IMG/VR virus record: IMGVR_UViG_3300042547_000074 | Span: 1-62,189 of that record | Length of the DNA stretch: 62,189 nucleotides | Reading direction: 5' to 3' (one strand) | Source: a virus | Taxonomy: Duplodnaviria; Caudoviricetes | Shown: one piece after another, positions 17,531-25,595 of the stretch | Layout: each line of letters opens with the position of its first letter | How positions within the stretch are numbered: position 1 is the stretch's first letter | The notes under the pieces: generated by a model | Told to the model about the DNA's origin: nothing | Databases searched by the model: none | What the model saw: only the letters and a program-made list of their open reading frames with translations | Position numbers and translations under genes: made by a program

Positions 17531-18264
17531 TGAAGAAGCGCAAGTTCGGCTCGGGCGGTATGCCGTCGATGAAGGAGTCGATGGAGTCGGGCAACCGTGT
17601 CTCGCGTCAGGTTGGTAAAGAAACCAAAAAGCTCATGCCCGCTACGCGGAGCACCCGCCCGTCAGTTGGCGATGCCATCGCTTCAGGTAACCGCATGTCC
17701 AAGAAAAATGCCGAAGACCTGAAGGCCGTGAAGAAGTACGCCAAGGGCGGCAAGGTCAAGCGCTACGCTGATGGTGACCTCGTTGTGGGCGGCGCTGACA
17801 CCAGCGGGCTGAGCCTTGGTATGCCGAGCATTGATACTGACCTGCGTCGTGCCCTGACCGACAAAGAGCTGATGGACGCCAACCTTGCTGCTGTCCGCGC
17901 CCGCGAAGCCGCTAGCACGGCGAAGCCCAAACCGAAGCCCCGCGCCGCTGCTCCGACCAAAAAGGCTGAAGCCCCGGTCAAGAAGGCTGAAGCCCCGGTC
18001 AAGAAGGCTGAAGCCCCGGTCAAGAAGGCCGAAACTCCAACTAAAAAGCCCGCTTCGGGTATGCGCGTTGGTTCAGAGTCGGCCCGCGCTGCAAAAACTG
18101 GCATGAGAGAAGGTCTGCGTCGGGGTGCAAATGCCTTGGGGGACTTTATCAAGTCTCCTTTCCGGGCGGCAGCTAATCCGGGCCGCGACTACGCCAAGGG
18201 CGGCTCCGTCACCCGTGGCGACGGCATTGCCAAGAAGGGCCACACCAAAGGGAAAATCTGCTAA
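17527..18264 (+). CDS. Basic low-complexity protein with YAKGG motifs, KKAEAPV repeats and C-terminal RGDGIAKKG motif
   Basis: 245 aa; coupled to both neighbours. Confidence 0.75.
   Translation: MMKKRKFGSGGMPSMKESMESGNRVSRQVGKETKKLMPATRSTRPSVGDAIASGNRMSKKNAEDLKAVKKYAKGGKVKRYADGDLVVGGADTSGLSLGMPSIDTDLRRALTDKELMDANLAAVRAREAASTAKPKPKPRAAAPTKKAEAPVKKAEAPVKKAEAPVKKAETPTKKPASGMRVGSESARAAKTGMREGLRRGANALGDFIKSPFRAAANPGRDYAKGGSVTRGDGIAKKGHTKGKIC
17962..18029 (+). repeat. 21-bp tandem repeat x3 (KAEAPVK)
   Basis: AAGGCTGAAGCCCCGGTCAAG three times exactly, plus a partial copy. Confidence 0.95.
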
Positions 18265-18518
18265 TGGCTAAGACCCCGGCTTGGCAACGTAAGGAAGGCA
18301 AGTCCGAAAAGGGCGGGCTGAACGCCAAGGGGCGTGCATCTTACAACAAAGCCAATCCGGGGAAGCCGGGGCTCAAGGCCCCGCAGCCTGAAGGCGGTTC
18401 GCGCAAGAAGTCATTCTGCGCCCGGATGTCTGGGATGAAGAAGAAGCTGACGAGCTCTAAGACCGCTAACGACCCGAACAGCCGTATCAACAAGTCTCTT
18501 CGCGCGTGGAAGTGCTGA
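18264..18518 (+). CDS. Small basic conserved phage protein (DUF6321-like)
   Basis: GGLNAKGRASYN...RKKSFCARM...DPNSRINKSLRAWKC. Confidence 0.7.
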   Translation: MAKTPAWQRKEGKSEKGGLNAKGRASYNKANPGKPGLKAPQPEGGSRKKSFCARMSGMKKKLTSSKTANDPNSRINKSLRAWKC

Positions 18519-18519
18519 C

Positions 18520-18684
18520 ATGACTGACGAATCAAAGACTCTACTGGACGCAGTCTCTATGGTTACCGTTGTTGGGACTATAATGGACATGCTACCTGCC
18601 GTCGCAGCTATCTTCACCATCATCTGGACTGGCATCCGTATCTACGAGACAGATACGGTGCAAAAATTTCTCGGGAAGGACTAA
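18520..18684 (+). CDS. Small membrane protein (54 aa, not in ORF track)
   Basis: MTDESKTLLDAVSMVTVVGTIMDMLPAVAAIFTIIWTGIRIYETDTVQKFLGKD; fills the gap exactly; hydrophobic. Confidence 0.7.
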   Translation: MTDESKTLLDAVSMVTVVGTIMDMLPAVAAIFTIIWTGIRIYETDTVQKFLGKD

Positions 18685-18685
18685 C

Positions 18686-19000
18686 ATGCCTAGCAAGACA
18701 CCCAAGCAGAAGAGCTTCATGGCCGCCGTGGCCAACAACCCCAAGTTCGCCAAGAAGGTGGGCGTTCCCTCTAAGGTCGGTAAGGAGTTCGAGATGAAGG
18801 ACAAGAAGATGGGCATGAAGAAGATGGCCGATAAGGCCGGTCGTGCCATGACCAAAAAGTCGGCTGACACGATGGGTCGTGCAATGCCGAAGATGGCTAA
18901 GGGTGGCACTGTCGGTAAGGCCGACGGCTGCGCTACCAAGGGCAAGACCCACACCAAGATGGTCAAGATGGCCATGGGCGGAAAGATGAAGGGCTGCTAA
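18686..19000 (+). CDS. Small basic protein with MAKGG and KADGCATKG motifs
   Basis: 104 aa MPSKTPKQKSFMAAVANNPKFAKKVGVP... Confidence 0.75.
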   Translation: MPSKTPKQKSFMAAVANNPKFAKKVGVPSKVGKEFEMKDKKMGMKKMADKAGRAMTKKSADTMGRAMPKMAKGGTVGKADGCATKGKTHTKMVKMAMGGKMKGC

Positions 19001-19001
19001 C

Positions 19002-19280
19002 ATGCGACCGAGTCGGGGTATGGGCGCTATGATGGCGTCCAAGATGCCAAAGGCGAAGACTATTCGTCGGAAGGATAACCCCGACTCGGTCACCGTCTAT
19101 GCCAAGGGCGGCAAGGTTAAGGCGAAGCGCATGGCCGAAGGTGGCAGCGCCAAGGACGCGTGCTATTCCAAGGTTAAGGCGCGCTACAAAGTCTTTCCTT
19201 CCGCCTACGCCTCCGGGGCTATCTCCAAGTGCCGCAAGGTCGGTGCCAAGAACTGGGGTAACAAAGGTGGCAGTTCGTAA
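19002..19280 (+). CDS. Small basic protein with YAKGG/MAEGG motifs
   Basis: 92 aa; KDACYSKVKARYKVFPSAYASGAISKCRK segment. Confidence 0.75.
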   Translation: MRPSRGMGAMMASKMPKAKTIRRKDNPDSVTVYAKGGKVKAKRMAEGGSAKDACYSKVKARYKVFPSAYASGAISKCRKVGAKNWGNKGGSS

Positions 19281-19542
19281 GACCGAGAAAGGCGCTTCGC
19301 TTAAGCGCTGGTTCCAAGAAGATTGGAAGGACGTCCGCACGGGTAAAGCCTGCGGGCGTCAGCCCGGTGAGAAGCGCGGCACACCTTACTGTAGACCTAG
19401 TAAGCGTATTTCTGATAAGACCCCCAAGACGTCGTCGGAGATGACTCCGGCGGAAAAGAAGACGCGTATCGCGCAGAAGAAACGGTTGGGGCAGCCTCCC
19501 GGTGCGCCTAAGCGCGTACAGGCAGCGCGGAGACAGAAATGA
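19267..19542 (+). CDS. Small basic conserved phage protein (DUF5872-like)
   Basis: GTG start at 19267 in frame with ORF 19099-19542; LKRWFQEDW...CGR...PYCRP. Confidence 0.65.
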   Translation: MAVRKTEKGASLKRWFQEDWKDVRTGKACGRQPGEKRGTPYCRPSKRISDKTPKTSSEMTPAEKKTRIAQKKRLGQPPGAPKRVQAARRQK

Positions 19543-20279
19543 CCACCAGCGGTACGACATCCTTTAACCTCAACCTTAACGAGCTCTTCGAAGAGGCGTT
19601 CGAGCGTTGTGGCGTGGAAATGCGGACCGGCTATGACTTTCGCACGGCACGGCGCAGCCTGAACCTGCTGACCATTGAGTGGGCGAACAAGGGCATCAAC
19701 CTCTGGACGCTGGAGCAAGGCTCCATCCCGATGGTGCAGGGGCAGATTACATATCCGCTCCCCGTGGATACCATCGACCTGTTCGACCACGTCATCCGTA
19801 CGCAGACTGGGCAGGCGCAGACGGACATCAACATTAACCGTATCAGCGCCGATACGTACCTCACAATCCCCAACAAGAACGCGCAGGGTCGGCCTATTCA
19901 GGTGTGGATCAACCGCCAGTCAGGCGCAACCTATCCGGCGGGTGGACAACCCGCAGGGACCAACCCCTCCACGGGTGTCGATCATCCGTCGATCAACGTG
20001 TGGCCTGCCCCGGACCAGAACAACTTCTATACCTTTGTGTACTTCCGACTGCGCCGTCTTCAGGACGGAGGTTCGGGTACAACGACGCAGGACATCCCGT
20101 TCCGTATGCTGCCGCCCCTCGTGGCTGGCTTGGCATACCATCTGTCGCTAAAACTGCCCGGTGCGCTGGAGCGGTCCATCGGCCTCAAGGCCATGTATGA
20201 TGAGTTGTGGCAGCAGGCCGCAGACGAGGACCGCGAAAAAGCACCGCTGCGCCTAGCGCCGCGTCAGATGTTCTACTAA
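19539..20279 (+). CDS. Head-tail adaptor-like virion protein
   Basis: 246 aa; EEAFERCG...ARRSLNLL..EWAN.GINLW, INVWPAPD, LVAGLAYHL; adaptor-type layout. Confidence 0.6.
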   Translation: MTTSGTTSFNLNLNELFEEAFERCGVEMRTGYDFRTARRSLNLLTIEWANKGINLWTLEQGSIPMVQGQITYPLPVDTIDLFDHVIRTQTGQAQTDININRISADTYLTIPNKNAQGRPIQVWINRQSGATYPAGGQPAGTNPSTGVDHPSINVWPAPDQNNFYTFVYFRLRRLQDGGSGTTTQDIPFRMLPPLVAGLAYHLSLKLPGALERSIGLKAMYDELWQQAADEDREKAPLRLAPRQMFY

Positions 20280-20288
20280 GTAGGCGTC

Positions 20289-20780
20289 GTGCTCACCGGC
20301 CTGCTTTTTATCGTGTGGGCTGCGGGGTTTTTCGACGGCGAAGGCTCTGTTTTTGTTGAGATATCCAAGAACAAAAACACCCGGCGTAGAGTACGTAACT
20401 TGCTAACCGCGTCCGTTACTCAGACGTCTACACCGTGCCTGAATCTGTTCAAGGAGCATTTTGGCGGTAATATAACACCGATAACCAAGAGTCGGCGGCA
20501 CCACATGAATAACTCTGTATGCTACGTGTGGCGCGTACGCAGTAAAGATGCGATAGCGTTCCTTGAAGTCATAGCTCCTTATGTGGTAGTGAAGAAGGAG
20601 CAAGTAGAGTTAGCGCTCCAGTACCCACTTACGTCAGCGGACGGTAGGAAATATGCGGGTCCCTATAACCCCCTGCCTGACGAGGTCCATAACCGGCGTA
20701 TGGAGATTGGGCAAAAACTCAGAGACATCCGGGCGTCGATGAAGACGGCTTCGGTAGTGAGAGAGGATATAAGTGCCTAA
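20289..20780 (+). mobile_element. Free-standing LAGLIDADG homing endonuclease gene
   Basis: WAAGFFDGEGSV motif, L...FGG.I, W.V....AI.FL..I.PY.VVKKEQ; lower GC than flanks; overlaps next gene start. Confidence 0.85.
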
Positions 20781-21213
20781 CCGGTTCGCCTCTGGTAAGT
20801 ACGCGATTTCGCAGTGTGACCGCTGCGGCTTTCGCTACAAGCTGAAGGAACTGAGGTCGCTCGTCATCAAGACGAAGAACGTCAACATCCTTGTGTGCCC
20901 CACCTGCTGGGAACCCGATCAGCCGCAGCTTCAACTGGGTATGTACCCGGTGGATGACCCACAGGCGCTGCGCAACCCGCGCCCCGATACGACCTACCGG
21001 CAAGCCGGTTTGACGGGGTTACGCACTCAGCCAGTTACACAACCGACCGAGGATACTGACGCGTTCGGTACCCCTTCGCAAGGTAGCCGAATCATTCACT
21101 GGGGGTGGAACCCTGTGGGTTTTCAAAATCCCTTGGGTTTGTGGGGTCTTCCTGATACATTGGCAGGCAGTGGTCAGGTCGGTACCGTGACTATTCAGAC
21201 GACGGAGAATTGA
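20773..21213 (+). CDS. Zinc-ribbon protein of the virion module
   Basis: CDRCGF...VCPTCWEPDQPQL...D.QALRNPRPD. Confidence 0.75.
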   Translation: MPNRFASGKYAISQCDRCGFRYKLKELRSLVIKTKNVNILVCPTCWEPDQPQLQLGMYPVDDPQALRNPRPDTTYRQAGLTGLRTQPVTQPTEDTDAFGTPSQGSRIIHWGWNPVGFQNPLGLWGLPDTLAGSGQVGTVTIQTTEN

Positions 21214-21214
21214 T

Positions 21215-21340
21215 ATGGCTAAGGGTGGTAAGACTAACGACCAGATGCTGAAGCTCGGACGTAACCTTGCTAAGGTTGCGAACCAGAAGAGCGGCAAGAA
21301 GCCGATCAAGGATATGGGAAAGGTCGATAAAAATGGATAA
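21215..21340 (+). CDS. Very small basic protein (41 aa, not in ORF track)
   Basis: GGAGA RBS; MAKGGKTNDQMLKLGRNLAKVANQKSGKKPIKDMGKVDKNG. Confidence 0.65.
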   Translation: MAKGGKTNDQMLKLGRNLAKVANQKSGKKPIKDMGKVDKNG

Positions 21341-21479
21341 CGTCAATCAGCCCAAGCCAGCGCATAACCCGCTGGGCAACAGCGGCTACCCGAACAACGT
21401 ACCTAACACCCAGACCGTGAAGACGCGCGGGACCGGTGCGGCTACCAAAGGTACGCATAGCAGCAAGAAGCTTGGCTAA
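21333..21479 (+). CDS. Very small protein with C-terminal RGTGAATKG motif (48 aa)
   Basis: ATG at 21333 in frame with ORF 21267-21479; coupled to neighbours. Confidence 0.65.
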   Translation: MDNVNQPKPAHNPLGNSGYPNNVPNTQTVKTRGTGAATKGTHSSKKLG

Positions 21480-22141
21480 TGAACTACGCTCAGCTTGTCG
21501 AAACCATTAAGGGTTACACCGAAAACGACTTCCCGGACACGGTGGGGTCGGGCGGACTCACTTCGACTGAGCAAATTAATACGTTCATTGTCAACGCCGA
21601 AGAGCGTATCTTCAACACGGTCCAGCTTCTGGACCTACGCAAGAACGTGACGGGCAACTGCACGGCGAGCAACAAGTATCTCTCGGTCCCCTCGGACTGG
21701 CTGTCCAACTTCTCTCTGGCGGTGATTGACCCGGTCACGGGTGATTACGAGTATCTGCTGAACAAGGACGTTAGCTATATCCGGGCTGCCTATCCGTCGC
21801 CTACCGATACCGATAAGCCGCTCTATTACGCGTTCTTTGATGTGGATTCCTACATCCTCGGACCCACGCCAGACCTGAACTACCAGTTTGAGCTGCATTA
21901 TTTCTACTACCCGCAGTCCATCACAGAGGCGGGTACGTCGTGGCTTGGCGACAACTTCGAGTCCGTGCTTCTTTACGGCGCGCTGCTAGAAGCGTATACG
22001 TTCATGAAGGGTGAAGCTGATGTAATCGCCGGATACCAGAAGCGGTACGACGAAGCATTGGCTATGCTCAAGCAGCTTGGCGAAGGGAAGAATCGTCAGG
22101 ATATGTATCGCACGCCCCAAGTGCGCTACCCGGTGAGGTGA
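21479..22141 (+). CDS. Head-tail adaptor / tail tubular protein A-like
   Basis: MNYAQL...FI..AE.RI...P.YYA...LGPTPD..Y..ELHY...LLYGALLEAY. Confidence 0.7.
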   Translation: MNYAQLVETIKGYTENDFPDTVGSGGLTSTEQINTFIVNAEERIFNTVQLLDLRKNVTGNCTASNKYLSVPSDWLSNFSLAVIDPVTGDYEYLLNKDVSYIRAAYPSPTDTDKPLYYAFFDVDSYILGPTPDLNYQFELHYFYYPQSITEAGTSWLGDNFESVLLYGALLEAYTFMKGEADVIAGYQKRYDEALAMLKQLGEGKNRQDMYRTPQVRYPVR

Positions 22142-22142
22142 T

Positions 22143-22430
22143 ATGATTGACTCCGTAGGAACAATGCTGGGCGGCGACGTGATGGTGATGACCACGCAAG
22201 GCCGTGGCTTCACGCCCGAAGAGATTGCTGAACGTGCTCTCGACAAGATCATCTATGTTGGGGGCAACTCCCATCCGGCTATCAGGGACCAAGCGGAGGC
22301 GTTCAAGGACTCCATCCGCCAAGTGCTCGTCTATTACATGCACGAGGCTGTCCGGTCCCATAACGTGACTCTGGTGAACAAATTTCACAAGGCCGGGCAC
22401 TCAGAGTTCATCCCCATCTTAGACAGTTAA
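22143..22430 (+). CDS. Conserved hypothetical protein
   Basis: 95 aa; GAGGTG RBS; RGFTPEEIAERALDKII. Confidence 0.7.
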   Translation: MIDSVGTMLGGDVMVMTTQGRGFTPEEIAERALDKIIYVGGNSHPAIRDQAEAFKDSIRQVLVYYMHEAVRSHNVTLVNKFHKAGHSEFIPILDS

Positions 22431-22441
22431 GGAGACCTACA

Positions 22442-22930
22442 TTGGCTATTACGCAGGCAATGTGCACCAGCTTCAAGGCTCAGCTTATGCTGGCTGTGCA
22501 CGACTTCCGCCCCTCGGGCGACACAGGTGCGGACGTCTTTAAGTTGGCGCTGTACTCGTCCACTGCTTCGCTTGATGCGAACACCACGACGTACACCTCA
22601 TCGAACGAAGTTTCGTCGTCGGGCACCAACTACACCGCTGGCGGCGGCTCGCTGACCAACCTCGGTGTGACGGCAGTCAATACGAACTCGGAAACGGGTA
22701 CGGGCTTTGTTGACTTCGGTGACCTTACCTTCGCTAACGCGACCATCACGGCTCGCGGCGCGCTGATCTATAACACCACGCCTTCGGCTAACTCGAACGC
22801 CAACACGGCGCTGACGAACGCCTCGGTTGCGGTGCTGGATTTTGGTTCGGACAAGACGGCGACGAACGGTGACTTCACCATCATCTTCCCGACCGCCACT
22901 AACACCACGGCCATCATTCGGATCGCTTAA
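22442..22930 (+). CDS. Virion structural (tail-associated) protein
   Basis: TTG start with AAGGAG RBS; SFK..L...HDF...FKLALY...Y.AGG..L...ARGALIYN...LDFGSDK. Confidence 0.7.
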   Translation: MAITQAMCTSFKAQLMLAVHDFRPSGDTGADVFKLALYSSTASLDANTTTYTSSNEVSSSGTNYTAGGGSLTNLGVTAVNTNSETGTGFVDFGDLTFANATITARGALIYNTTPSANSNANTALTNASVAVLDFGSDKTATNGDFTIIFPTATNTTAIIRIA

Positions 22931-23292
22931 TGATCGAAGAACTTATCAGCCGAGTGTTTTATGCTCGCAACGTGGCGCATTTCGAACATTGGACTGCCAA
23001 TGGGGTCGGTGCGTTTGCGCGGCATGAAGCACTCGGCAAGTTCTACGATGAGGTGATCGACGCCATCGACAAGCTCGTCGAGGCGTATCAGGGTGCATTT
23101 GAACTGGTGGGGGGCATCAAAGCCCCCAAGACCAAGGCGGATGACATCCTGCTTATTTTGATCGAAGACGCTGCGTGGATCGAGAAAAACCATGAGGTTA
23201 TCTGCAAGGGCAACCGGGCGGTAGCCAACCTCGTTGACGGGGTGACGGAAGTTTATCTCACTACGATCTACAAGCTTCGCAACCTGATGTGA
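22930..23292 (+). CDS. Ferritin/Dps-like four-helix protein (DUF5856-like)
   Basis: AH..HW.......HEALGKFYD.....D.LVEAYQG...YKL pattern. Confidence 0.75.
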   Translation: MIEELISRVFYARNVAHFEHWTANGVGAFARHEALGKFYDEVIDAIDKLVEAYQGAFELVGGIKAPKTKADDILLILIEDAAWIEKNHEVICKGNRAVANLVDGVTEVYLTTIYKLRNLM

Positions 23293-23300
23293 GGTAGTAG

Positions 23301-25178
23301 ATGGCTCTCGTTCTCGCAGATCGCGTAAAAGATACGACCACTACGACCGGCACTGGGTCAGTCACGCTTAGTGGCTCGCCTCCCGCTGGCTTTCAGTCGT
23401 TCGGCGCGGCTATCGGTAACGGCAATACCACCTACTACACCATCTCAGGTGGCAGTCAGTTTGAAGTCGGTATCGGCACATATAACAGCGCCGGTCCTAC
23501 GCTCAACCGCGATACGGTGCTCTCTTCGAGCAACAGCGGCAGCCTCGTCAACTTCTCGGCGGGCACTAAAGACGTCTTCGTCACCTACCCGGCTGAAAAG
23601 TCAGTCAATGAGGACGCGACTGGTAACGTCAACATCGACATCACCGGCAACGCAACGACGGCTACGCGGGCTACTAACCTAGCTGCTGGCGCTGCGGGCT
23701 CTGTCCCTTACCAGACGGCGGCTAACACCACGGCGTTCCTTGCATCGGCTTCTGGTGTCCTTGTTGGCGGTAACCCACCGACGTTCTCCACGACCCCGAC
23801 GCTTACAGGTACGAACTTCACTGCAATCCCTAACGCTGCGCTGAGCAATAGTTCGGTTACCATCGGCAGCACAGCCGTGGCCCTCGGCGCTACATCTACA
23901 ACTCTTGCTGGTCTGACCTCGGTTACGCTGACTCAAGACCCGACGCTGGCGCTGCAAGCGGCAACCAAGCAGTATGTAGATACAGTAGCCTCAACCGGTA
24001 TTCACTTCCACCAGCCGGTACGGGTCGAGTCACCGGCCAACCTGAACGCGACGTACAGCAACGGCACTGCCGGAGTTGGCGCTACCCTAACCAATGCTGG
24101 CACTCAAGCTGCGCTGGTTATTGATGGTGTGACGCTCAGTGTCGCTGACCGCGTTTTAATTTACCAGCAGACGACACAGACGCAGAACGGCATCTACGTT
24201 GTGACAAGCGTAGGTTCTGTCTCGACCAACTGGGTACTGACGCGCTCCAGTGACGCGGACACTTTTGTCAGCGCTAGCCCAGCCGGTTTGAGCGAAGGCT
24301 CGACCGTGTTTGTCCAACAAGGCACGACCGGCGCAGGTGGGACCTACACCTGCAACACTCCGGGTACGATTACGTTTGGCACGACAAACATCACGTTTGT
24401 TCAAATCTCTGACGCGCAGATTTACTCGGCTGGCACCGGCCTGACGCTCACTGGCACGCAGTTCAGCCTCACCTCACCTGTAGCTACGACGCTAGGCGGT
24501 ACAGGTCTGACGACGTTTACAGCGGCTAACCGCGCGCTCTTCTCGTCTGGTACCACGACACTGACGACTGGTACGCTCCCCGTTGCTGCTGGTGGTACGG
24601 GGCAGACGTCCTACACGGACGGCCAGTTACTGGTTGGGCGCACCTCAGATGGTGAGTTGGTCAAGGCCACCCTGACTGCCGGTACGAGCATCAGCGTCTC
24701 CAACGGCGCAGGGTCCATCACGGTTACCAACACCGCACCAGATCAGGTCGTCAGCCTCACTGGCGGCGGCACTACCGTTATCACGGGTAGCTACCCTAAC
24801 TTCAACATTACCTCCAACGACCAGTTTGTTGGCACGGTAACCAGCGTCGGTGGTACTGGCACGGTTAGTGGGATCACCCTTACAGGCACGGTCACTTCTA
24901 CGGGCAACCTTACCCTTGGCGGTACGCTGAGCGTTGACCTTGCTTCTGCAACGGTTACGGGCACTCTTCCGGTCGCCAACGGCGGCACGGGCGCTACAAC
25001 GTTTAGCACTGGCGCTGTTTTGGTGGGTAATGGCACCTCTGCGGTGTCATCTGTATCTCCCGGTACGGCCAGTAATGTGCTAACGTCGAACGGATCGGCG
25101 TGGGTGTCGCAAGCGCCACCTGCTGCTGGTGTAACTCAAGCACGAGCCACCGGTATTAACTTCATCTACGGGCTATAA
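23301..25178 (+). CDS. Tail fibre protein
   Basis: 625 aa Thr/Gly/Ser-rich; LADRVK.TTTTTGTG N-terminus, AATKQYVD, DRVL...Q....QNGIY, GTLPVA.GGTG repeats. Confidence 0.85.
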   Translation: MALVLADRVKDTTTTTGTGSVTLSGSPPAGFQSFGAAIGNGNTTYYTISGGSQFEVGIGTYNSAGPTLNRDTVLSSSNSGSLVNFSAGTKDVFVTYPAEKSVNEDATGNVNIDITGNATTATRATNLAAGAAGSVPYQTAANTTAFLASASGVLVGGNPPTFSTTPTLTGTNFTAIPNAALSNSSVTIGSTAVALGATSTTLAGLTSVTLTQDPTLALQAATKQYVDTVASTGIHFHQPVRVESPANLNATYSNGTAGVGATLTNAGTQAALVIDGVTLSVADRVLIYQQTTQTQNGIYVVTSVGSVSTNWVLTRSSDADTFVSASPAGLSEGSTVFVQQGTTGAGGTYTCNTPGTITFGTTNITFVQISDAQIYSAGTGLTLTGTQFSLTSPVATTLGGTGLTTFTAANRALFSSGTTTLTTGTLPVAAGGTGQTSYTDGQLLVGRTSDGELVKATLTAGTSISVSNGAGSITVTNTAPDQVVSLTGGGTTVITGSYPNFNITSNDQFVGTVTSVGGTGTVSGITLTGTVTSTGNLTLGGTLSVDLASATVTGTLPVANGGTGATTFSTGAVLVGNGTSAVSSVSPGTASNVLTSNGSAWVSQAPPAAGVTQARATGINFIYGL

Positions 25179-25188
25179 GGACTGGACT

Positions 25189-25584
25189 ATGGCGGCTCCG
25201 AATATCCTCAGTCTTACGACTGCTACAGGCAAAACGACGTACTTTACGCCGTCAGGCACTACGGCTGTGGTCCTCCTCCAGAACGCTGCGTCAAGTGGTA
25301 AGGTCCTCAAGGTCAATTCGCTTGTCGCGGCTAACGTGGACGGCACGAACGCGGCAGACTGCACGGTGTCTTATTACACCAACGGCGGTGTTGCTCAGGG
25401 GTCAGCCCCCTCTGGCGGCACGGCCTTCCCGATTGCTTCGACCATCTCAGTCCCGGCTGACGCCTCGCTTATCATCATCGACAAGACCACGCAGATTTAC
25501 CTTGAGGAAAACACCTCCCTCGCGGTGACCGTGGGCACAGCCAGCGACATTACATTTGTGGTTAGCTACGAAGAACTTAGCTAA
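25189..25584 (+). CDS. Tail fibre-associated small beta protein
   Basis: 131 aa MAAPNI...ANVDG...ISVPADASL...YLEE...SYEELS. Confidence 0.65.
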   Translation: MAAPNILSLTTATGKTTYFTPSGTTAVVLLQNAASSGKVLKVNSLVAANVDGTNAADCTVSYYTNGGVAQGSAPSGGTAFPIASTISVPADASLIIIDKTTQIYLEENTSLAVTVGTASDITFVVSYEELS

Positions 25585-25595
25585 GGACGGCGTAG

